From an uncultured virus (IMG/VR IMGVR_UViG_3300017958_000005) (taxonomy: Duplodnaviria > Heunggongvirae > Uroviricota > Caudoviricetes), in IMG/VR virus record IMGVR_UViG_3300017958_000005, positions 1 through 64,000 of that record: a stretch of 64,000 bases of DNA, one strand, 5' to 3'. Below, piece by piece: positions 58,101 through 64,000 of the stretch. Within the stretch, counting starts at the first letter, position 1. Each line of letters starts with the position of its first letter. Made by a program: the position numbers and the translations under genes. The notes under the pieces are model-generated. The model saw nothing but the letters and a program-made list of their open reading frames with translations, was not told the DNA's origin and did no database searches.

Positions 58101-59035
58101 GTAAAATCTTTGACGAAAAGAAGAAAAATCACCCATTGGCCCGTACAAAAGAAGGCGCTCCAGAAGTCAATGACAAGTACGTTGATTACCTTGCCTTCGT
58201 CGGATCAAATATTGATAAACGTCAAAAAGGTGAACTCTCATCAGACGTTCGCGACAGCGTCCTTCGAGACCTTTGGCAAAACGGAGGATTCAACCAACGC
58301 CCCGAACTCATTTCTGCGGACGAGATGCAGGCCCTCAGCGATGCGGGTTGGCAGGTTCTACACCGAGGAGTTGACAGACTGGGAACTCAAGCACAAGCAA
58401 ACACAGATTCGTACAAGGAAGACTTGGACCGTTTCACGCCCGGCGAAACTAATCTACGAGCACATGGCGTTGGCGAATACTGGGCTGCTCCGGGGAGTGG
58501 GCACTGGGGAGGTTACGGTTCTGGCATGCTTGCCTTCATTGACCCAGAAGGCAAAAGGATCCAGAGGAATAAACTCAAGGGATTATCAGATGAATCTTGG
58601 CCAGCAATGAAGGAAATCCAAGATCTCATCGATGAACTAGGTGATGGAGTTGCACAAGGTGAAGACCCTGCAAACTTCGTTGATCAAGTAATGGAACGAC
58701 TCCGCTCCAATGGTCTCGAAGGTCTCCTCGAAAAAGATAATGAAATCATCCAAGTGGCTCGCCAATTGCTCGACAGGTACAAGGGCATGACCCCGAATGA
58801 CACAAAGCGTGAAAATACGTGGAATGCCATTCAATATATGCTCGGCCAATCGAGGCAGGCGCAATGGTCAGGCGGAGAGGGATATTGGGCTCCAATCCTC
58901 GGCTACGACTACGTCACCTCAAACGAGGGCGTGTTCCTTGTTCACAACCGAGGCAGTGTTGCTGTGCTTGACGTCGCCGAACCGCTCAGCGGCGGAGCAG
59001 CAAAGACAATTGTAGATGGCCTCAATGAAGGGTAA
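55190..59035 (+). CDS. Large multidomain head-region protein with C-terminal ART-like domain (1281 aa)
   Basis: Tag YDPNAIDGDMDGIVQEGT; six G[LM]RS-like linkers; LHRGV...HGVGEYWA...LGYD...VHNRG. Confidence 0.8.
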   Translation: MKQYALVKDMVNGSSYYGVVIRENGLTECKGVSGVGEKWAESYNNAETKSLDDGLPYGVKIGEFHALTQSEEILVEHMLDGNTVRFPDRTQLKQLSFHKTDANSSLPAVSNTPLSAFLMDDLQTAVDYKIRAFLSDSARASVMLKSRLERYGISDTTVGFKSASNNSFLNEDMSSVARGHGNLRRALLDIRDAKSTFLENHPGYQVGIEEKAIGRSLGRGARIGRRAARAFKPYDPNAIDGDMDGIVQEGTPWERPAVRVGGRGVRLTPTQQRARSEIAPDVGMRSRTGDGESIQDRLTAARNSRQQKLADRMREMGFDDDNQKEINDWLRTFNPEDFEYTDIDDLEIEGLTSRRGSSSPTGSIFGQRRYSSEDWIEGQLDEGPLAGSFFELRTARDYTESNFNDPGETLGGNDELTVYTPDGVVLSFENETWEDSLDLINVRAPGGDGLRSRSRRGDDEDYPRIDPDLINRLRNERFVPETSRSGRARQNRIINTPNADGGPPRRAVRERSGRVVPEPPARDRSGLRSRTGDTANRNAELTGVGTTVPKAMKANRKFFQTLAANGFVWDDKPDTSGRVRIFLPDRMSDWTLDQPDSVRNQWGKFKPARENQAAGFIHVHPGKDTPQRPENMAKRFLRTIFGDTAWDDMEANAKKPGDKRGTGRIGVIPSTSTGATGLRSATSRARTRTASTERVATPTTTGRSLRSGQLRKLGKPGVARGESDGKIWEQLDDNQRDLFKQFAQAREVQLMRNLTQDARMRKFRNKMIDDGDFDEIDEDGNVVRNYNKPLARNIIPLAQREIDDLLRDEKITEETHVKWQKTLDDIKTLRNMKESDNYEALEHLHPASRAKIIKDARGEDSSIPGVRALKADGPSTFFGDQARTASGRSAGKNRKPKRKRPFADRIITPNVERLQRRAARRQRAQAIRRGGLVRGQEADVSATQNARRKLARQLRRARRRFKGERDERAIRKIFDEKKKNHPLARTKEGAPEVNDKYVDYLAFVGSNIDKRQKGELSSDVRDSVLRDLWQNGGFNQRPELISADEMQALSDAGWQVLHRGVDRLGTQAQANTDSYKEDLDRFTPGETNLRAHGVGEYWAAPGSGHWGGYGSGMLAFIDPEGKRIQRNKLKGLSDESWPAMKEIQDLIDELGDGVAQGEDPANFVDQVMERLRSNGLEGLLEKDNEIIQVARQLLDRYKGMTPNDTKRENTWNAIQYMLGQSRQAQWSGGEGYWAPILGYDYVTSNEGVFLVHNRGSVAVLDVAEPLSGGAAKTIVDGLNEG

Positions 59036-59044
59036 ACTATTGAC

Positions 59045-59428
59045 ATGAGTGATACAACTAACGAATGGGGCGAAGATCTGCAAGAGGTAGAGCGTCGACA
59101 GCAATTCACCGACCGGTTTAACGAGTTGATGGACTTGACCGACTACCCGCCATTTTCAATCAATCTTGAAAAACACAACGAGTATCGCGAAGAAGTCATG
59201 GCCTACAGCGTGAAAATCTCTGAACAAATTCGTGAAAGCGACGCAATCGAAGATCGACCATTCTCAACACTTATGGCGAAATGGGAAGATGACCTTGACG
59301 AGGCCAAACTCTACAAACAGCGTTATGGTAGGGATTTTGTTGGCGCCCAGAAAGCGGCCGCAAAGAATGACGGCATCTCCATGCGTGACGTAAAGCCCAT
59401 CGGACCACCATCAGCATATAAAGACTGA
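59045..59428 (+). CDS. Small acidic helical protein (127 aa)
   Basis: ATG 6 nt after TAAACT; TGATG overlap with the next gene. Confidence 0.7.
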   Translation: MSDTTNEWGEDLQEVERRQQFTDRFNELMDLTDYPPFSINLEKHNEYREEVMAYSVKISEQIRESDAIEDRPFSTLMAKWEDDLDEAKLYKQRYGRDFVGAQKAAAKNDGISMRDVKPIGPPSAYKD

Positions 59429-61032
59429 TGAATAAAGGGGCCGCCGGGAAAGCGCGAGCACTCCGACGCGCTAAAGAATTGGGATGCACTGGTGCACACA
59501 AACATCCTGACGGCGGCTGGATGGCATGCTCCACCCATGAAGAGTACGAGCGTTTAGAAGCCGAAGAAGAGTCCGAGCAAGAAGAAAAATCCGTTCTTTC
59601 TCGTGTTCGTGAATTCCAAAGTGTTCGCGAACGAAAAGGCAAACGCCGCAAAAAGAAAAATAAAAAGAACTGGGAAAAACTCGGTGAACGTGGCGTTGTT
59701 TCAATCGACACAATCACTGGCGGCGGGCTCGTTTCGGGCGCTGTCGCTGGAAAAGTTGCATCAGCAATCCCCCGTGACGGAGAAGAAGATGTTTTTACCG
59801 ACATCAACTCAGCACGTCGAAGGGCGCGACAACTGGGATGTATCGGAGTTGCACGACGTCGTTCCACTGGCGGTCAAGTCGTATGGACTCCGTGTTCAAA
59901 CATCACCGACTATGCGCGACGCACAGGAAGCACCGCCCTTGGCCGTCGATACATAGAACGAATGCGACGGCAAGAAGCGCGTCGAATCGTTGAAGAAGAA
60001 CGCAAGCGCGGTCGCTACAAGCGTAAAATTTCCCTATTTGAAGAACTTCACGGGAAAGCGCTCGGCAGGAAAATCCGTCAGGCTGCTGCTGTTTTCGATG
60101 CCAATGCCACGGATGGTGACAACGACGGGATGGTGCAAGATGGCACCGCTTTTGCTAGACCAGCAATCCCCAAGGGTGTCGGTAAGTCGAAAACATGGAA
60201 AGACCTCATTGAGATGGAGCCCGGTTGGATGTCCGAGGCACCAAAAAACATTCAAAGAGCAGCGTCGCAGGAAGCGAGAGAAAAACACCGGAAATTACGT
60301 GTTTCTGGGCTTCGTTCGCAGCAAACCGGGTCCGGTGGTCGTGCTCAAGTGAGTCGAATCATGCAACAAGTCATGCCAGAGCATCGTGGAAAAGAGGATA
60401 GAACCCTCTATTTCATTGGCGGAACAACTGGTGCGGGGAAGTCAACTCTCACCCGAAATGACAGATTTGGGATACCGGGGCCTGATGCTGCTGCACATAT
60501 TGACCCTGATGAGATTAAGGCCGGTTTGGTTGGCTGGGATAATGGCCGTGGTGCTGGTGCCGTTCACGATTCTTCACGACGAGTTACCGATCACGCCATG
60601 AAAGCAGCGGCTGAGGAAAAAACCGATATGGTCGTTCAGGGTACTGGCAAGAGGACTGAGCACCTTCAAATGGCTCGTCAAAATGGATATGCAACTGTTG
60701 GGCACTTTGTTCATATTCCCGGTGACGAAGCAGATCGCCGGATTGTTCAGCGAAATGCTGACAATAGGCAGAATGGTGGAGCGATAATCCCGGAATGGTT
60801 TGGGAGCCAGATTGGTCGTGAACTACAGCCGATTGTTCCTCGTCAAATTACATCCGGATTATTTGATGAATTCTTCTTGTGGGATAACAGCGGAGACACA
60901 CCCGTTCTGATTGCTAAGCGCACCAAAGACGGAAATTACAACATCAATGATATTGATGCTTTCAATGATTTCTTTAGTCCGACCGGAGCCGAGTACGTCA
61001 AGAACTACTGGGATAGTAAGTCAAGTAGTTAA
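59428..61032 (+). CDS. Head-region protein: two DUF3721-like Cys/His repeats, shared tag and zeta-toxin-like P-loop kinase (534 aa)
   Basis: AKELGCTGAHKH...WMACSTH and ARQLGCIG...WTPCSN; GGTTGAGKST, HIDPDEIK, RIVQR, LWDNS. Confidence 0.85.
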   Translation: MNKGAAGKARALRRAKELGCTGAHKHPDGGWMACSTHEEYERLEAEEESEQEEKSVLSRVREFQSVRERKGKRRKKKNKKNWEKLGERGVVSIDTITGGGLVSGAVAGKVASAIPRDGEEDVFTDINSARRRARQLGCIGVARRRSTGGQVVWTPCSNITDYARRTGSTALGRRYIERMRRQEARRIVEEERKRGRYKRKISLFEELHGKALGRKIRQAAAVFDANATDGDNDGMVQDGTAFARPAIPKGVGKSKTWKDLIEMEPGWMSEAPKNIQRAASQEAREKHRKLRVSGLRSQQTGSGGRAQVSRIMQQVMPEHRGKEDRTLYFIGGTTGAGKSTLTRNDRFGIPGPDAAAHIDPDEIKAGLVGWDNGRGAGAVHDSSRRVTDHAMKAAAEEKTDMVVQGTGKRTEHLQMARQNGYATVGHFVHIPGDEADRRIVQRNADNRQNGGAIIPEWFGSQIGRELQPIVPRQITSGLFDEFFLWDNSGDTPVLIAKRTKDGNYNINDIDAFNDFFSPTGAEYVKNYWDSKSSS

Positions 61033-61183
61033 CTAGATAAGGGCCTTATGTAATGCCCTTAAAAAAATAGTGTTATTTGCCTTATTTGGGGCTAGTGATG
61101 TTGTACCTTATAGGTAAGGGCGCGTGCTTACGTAGGCCTTGTAAACCATCCATCACGTAATTCTTCCAAGGAGAAGACCCATC

Positions 61184-62500
61184 ATGGCAGATTCAAGCCG
61201 CATTACGGAGTTGCAGACCGCGCTCCAGAGCAAGATGGACGAGAACAAGGCCATTGCCGACTCGTTCAAAATTGAGGACGGCGTCGTCGTCGTCGAAAAT
61301 GACCAGAAGTCCGCGTTCGACGCGAACATGAAGGACATCAAGGAGATCAAGTCACTGATCGCCGGCCTTCAGGACTTCAGCGAAGTTCAGTCGTGGAGTG
61401 CAGAGTCGGTTGAGTCCGTCGCTGCTGCCGCTGCTGCTGGCGAGGGCCTCCGCGAGGCTCGCGCTCAGTTCAAGTCGATCGGTGAGGAATTCCTCGCTTC
61501 CGACGAGTTCAAGAGCCTTCAGGGTGGCCGTAACGGCGCGAACATGCCGTCGCCATTCCAGTACTCTGGCTCGCTGACCACCAGCGGTTACGGCGTTAAG
61601 GACATCTACTCGGCGATGCCTTCCGGCACCCCGGGTCAGTTTGGTTCGATCCAGCGCGATCCGATTGTGATCCCGCCGCAGCGCACCAAGCGCGTCCGCG
61701 ACCTGTTCCCGACCCGCACCACTTCGGCTGCGATCATCGAGTACTTCCGCATGACCGGATTCACCAACAACGCGGCGACCGTCGCTGAGCGTGGTGGCAC
61801 CCCCGAGACGTTCGCTGCGAAGCCGCAGTCGACGATGACCTTTGAGGGCGCTCAGGCTCCCGTTCGCACCATCGCTCACTGGGAGGCCGCTCACCGTAAC
61901 GTCCTCGCCGACGAGCCGCAGTTGCGTTCGATCATCGACAACGAGTTGATGTACGGCCTCCGTCTTCAGGAAGACGCTCAGATCCTCTCTGGTGACGGAA
62001 CTGGTGAGAACCTCACTGGTGTTCTCAACACCACTGGTATCCAGACCTACGACTGGTCCGACGGTGCGCTCAGCCCGGTTCCGGACACGAAGGCTGACGC
62101 GATTCGTCGCGCCGCCACGCTTTCGTTCCTCGCCTACTACGAGCCGACCGGCGTCGTTCTTCACCCGAACGACTGGGAGGACATCGAGTTGACGAAGGAC
62201 AGCAACGGTCAGTACCTCGTCGCGGTTTCGGTCGCGATGGGTGGCGAGCCGCGCGTCTGGCGTCTCCCGGTCGTCGAGACCCCCGCTATCGCCGAGGGCA
62301 CCGCTCTCGTCGGTGCGTTCGGTACCGGCGCCCAGTTGTACGACCGCGAGCAGGCGAACATCCGGATCTCCGAGCAGCACTCGGACTTCTTCGTTCGCAA
62401 CGCGATCGTGGTGCTCGCCGAGCAGCGTCTGGCCCTCGCGGTCAAGCGTCCGGAGGCCTTCGTGAAGGTTTCCTTCGACGGCGCTCCCGAGGCTCCCTGA
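61184..62500 (+). CDS. Major capsid protein, HK97 fold
   Basis: 438 aa with N-terminal coiled-coil delta domain; KPQS...VRTIAHW, QILSGDGTGENLTG, VLHPNDW, AEQRLALAVKRPEAF; RBS AAGGAG; strongly GC3-biased codons. Confidence 0.97.
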   Translation: MADSSRITELQTALQSKMDENKAIADSFKIEDGVVVVENDQKSAFDANMKDIKEIKSLIAGLQDFSEVQSWSAESVESVAAAAAAGEGLREARAQFKSIGEEFLASDEFKSLQGGRNGANMPSPFQYSGSLTTSGYGVKDIYSAMPSGTPGQFGSIQRDPIVIPPQRTKRVRDLFPTRTTSAAIIEYFRMTGFTNNAATVAERGGTPETFAAKPQSTMTFEGAQAPVRTIAHWEAAHRNVLADEPQLRSIIDNELMYGLRLQEDAQILSGDGTGENLTGVLNTTGIQTYDWSDGALSPVPDTKADAIRRAATLSFLAYYEPTGVVLHPNDWEDIELTKDSNGQYLVAVSVAMGGEPRVWRLPVVETPAIAEGTALVGAFGTGAQLYDREQANIRISEQHSDFFVRNAIVVLAEQRLALAVKRPEAFVKVSFDGAPEAP

Positions 62501-62540
62501 TCCTCGGATCAACAACTAACGGCCTAGAGCCGTAGGAACG

Positions 62541-62573
62541 TCCCCCGGGTTAGTCCCCGGGGGATTTTCCTTT
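62541..62573 (+). terminator. Rho-independent terminator after the major capsid gene
   Basis: TCCCCCGGG-TTAGTC-CCCGGGGGA followed by TTTTCCTTT. Confidence 0.85.
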
Positions 62574-62591
62574 ATATGTACAATGTTTAAT

Positions 62592-62753
62592 ATGGCAAAG
62601 AACAGCAACGCCGACAACGATTATTGGGATGAATACAAACGGATTGGTCGAGACTTCAGGGGTGGACCAGAAGACCTCGAGGAACTTGTTGTTGATGAAC
62701 ATCGGCACGTGCGTATCCATCGCCGTAGAAAAGAAAAGATGACCGACGAATGA
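62592..62753 (+). CDS. Small hypothetical protein (53 aa)
   Basis: MAKNSNADNDYWDEYKRIGRDFRGGPEDLEELVVDEHRHVRIHRRRKEKMTDE; ATG 7 nt after TACAAT; overlaps the next start. Confidence 0.6.
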   Translation: MAKNSNADNDYWDEYKRIGRDFRGGPEDLEELVVDEHRHVRIHRRRKEKMTDE

Positions 62754-63115
62754 TGACTCTGTACACCTATCGGGCACGGCTTGACCGTGTTGTTGACGGA
62801 GACACCGTCGACCTAACCATTGACCTTGGATTTGATATCCACCACAAAGTCCGTTGTCGTCTTTATGGAATCAACACTCCCGAGAGCCGAACAAAAGACC
62901 TTGCTGAAAAAGAAAAAGGTCTTGCCGCTAAAGCCTACGTGGAAGACTGGTTTAATTGGAATAAAGAGTGTTTTGTTCAAACCATGAAGGATGGCAAAGG
63001 CAAGTATGGTCGCCTTCTCGCCAATATCTACCCAGACGAAAAGTGTGAGTTCTCTCTTAACGAACAGTTAGTTGACTCCGGTCACGCTGTCGAATACTTT
63101 GGTGGAGCACGATAA
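62750..63115 (+). CDS. Thermonuclease (SNase-like) family protein
   Basis: RVVDGDT, RLYGINTPE and GKYGRLLA motifs. Confidence 0.92.
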   Translation: MMTLYTYRARLDRVVDGDTVDLTIDLGFDIHHKVRCRLYGINTPESRTKDLAEKEKGLAAKAYVEDWFNWNKECFVQTMKDGKGKYGRLLANIYPDEKCEFSLNEQLVDSGHAVEYFGGAR

Positions 63116-63117
63116 TC

Positions 63118-63399
63118 ATGTCGGATTCGCCCGGATGGTGGGTGAATTCTAACGACCATTACTGGAACCTAGATGGGACCCCAGCAAAGGCAATGCTCAT
63201 CAAACGGCTACGAGAAAACGTAAAAATCGTCTCACTTATGCCATGGACATCCGATGTTTACGGATGTTACCCATGTGATGTTTACTGGGTGGACAGAGAA
63301 ACATGTTGGGTCTGTGGTGACGAGGGTTTACTCCTCGCCAACGCACAGACCAAAATCAACATGGTGAAGGACGCCCACAGGGGCAACACCATCACTTGA
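63118..63399 (+). CDS. Hypothetical protein with CxxC pairs (93 aa)
   Basis: ORF track; CYPC...CWVC; upstream GGAG. Confidence 0.6.
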   Translation: MSDSPGWWVNSNDHYWNLDGTPAKAMLIKRLRENVKIVSLMPWTSDVYGCYPCDVYWVDRETCWVCGDEGLLLANAQTKINMVKDAHRGNTIT

Positions 63400-64000
63400 T
63401 TGGACATGCGCCCGTAGCGCAGTCATCCATAACGACGTCCTCCGAGAAGATTGACTGCACCAAGGGAACCGAGAAGTCAATCTTTTCCAACATCTTCTTG
63501 TACTCATCTTCAGTACATTCCTCGTAAGGCGGAAGCGGGAAGTTGTGATCCGAGTGCAGAAGGAACGAGACAGACTTGACACCGTCGGTGTAATTCTTCG
63601 ACAGCCACTCACGGATGTCGTCAAGTTCTTCAATTCGATAGTAGACGGTTACGGACACAGCGTTGTCTGCCCAGACGGTCTGCATCTTCTTAACCCATTC
63701 CAACTGGTCAATAGCAGTCATGTCAGCAGCAAGTACTGAACCCTCTGGCGATTCACATGGGAACTCAACAACATAGCGAGTGCGATCTTCGCGTCCATCG
63801 ATGCCCACGTCCCACTTGACTGGGTAGCCGCGCCGACGGCAAGCATCAACCAACGGATCTGACGAGCCAAATCGAACACGACGAATGTAATGACGAGCAT
63901 ACGCAGGATGAACACCCGGAGTCACACCCGGTAGCAGAGCCAACGTTCCAGAAGGCTGAACAGTAGTCAGACGAATCGACTTCGGGAAACCATGCTCCGC
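63392..64000 (-). CDS. nrdJ: Class II (B12-dependent) ribonucleotide reductase, 3' part
   Basis: TTVQPSGTLALLPGVTPGVHP...YIRRV, WADNAVSVTV, KSVSFL, PYEE and C-terminal CATGACPIK; the frame runs off the window. Confidence 0.92.
   Translation of the reverse strand, partial: AEHGFPKSIRLTTVQPSGTLALLPGVTPGVHPAYARHYIRRVRFGSSDPLVDACRRRGYPVKWDVGIDGREDRTRYVVEFPCESPEGSVLAADMTAIDQLEWVKKMQTVWADNAVSVTVYYRIEELDDIREWLSKNYTDGVKSVSFLLHSDHNFPLPPYEECTEDEYKKMLEKIDFSVPLVQSIFSEDVVMDDCATGACPIK

Noticed and set aside
61352..62515. 387-aa minus-strand ORF opposite the major capsid gene
   Set aside because: Antisense shadow produced by the strong codon bias of the capsid gene; no recognisable motifs.
1..64000. tRNA, rRNA, integrase or IS elements; stop-codon reassignment
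   Set aside because: None recognised by eye (tRNAscan not run). Genes are densely packed and intact under the standard code, and TAG, TGA and TAA are all used as stops.

Overview
This 64 kb window is part of a large tailed dsDNA phage genome (Caudoviricetes) with a contractile tail (sheath, tube, baseplate) and an HK97-type head. The host is probably an actinobacterium, inferred from an r1t-type holin, leaderless-type promoters, ThyX and class II RNR. Minus strand, 1-33.9 kb: tail fibres, holin, baseplate, tape measure, tail chaperone, tube, sheath and neck genes. These are followed by a DNA metabolism block (ParB/IbrB-like plus PAPS-reductase/IbrA-like, ThyX, second ParB, dCMP deaminase, RuvC, HNH, RecB-like nuclease, Rad52/Sak) and the large terminase. 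Plus strand, 34-63.4 kb: portal, prohead protease, then an unusual ~23 kb block of very large proteins before the major capsid protein. The window ends in the 3' part of a class II ribonucleotide reductase on the minus strand. The main discovery is the 23 kb block. Its proteins share a modular grammar: a K-[ASG]-[LI]-G-R site, then a conserved tag (DPxAxDGDxDGxVQEGT or RCPxG...FTD...C), then repeated G-[LM]-R-S linkers. The linkers separate effector-like domains: HExxH metallopeptidases, ADP-ribosyltransferase-like domains, a zeta-toxin-like kinase and a degenerate HipA-like kinase. This looks like a capsid-packaged, proteolytically processed polyprotein cargo system. One member is joined to the prohead protease by a well-formed -1 frameshift signal. 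Other notable items are a tail-chaperone -1 frameshift, a holin RBS-sequestering hairpin with an internal promoter, and a beta-propeller inserted into a baseplate wedge protein. All family assignments come from recognising motifs by eye; no database searches were run.
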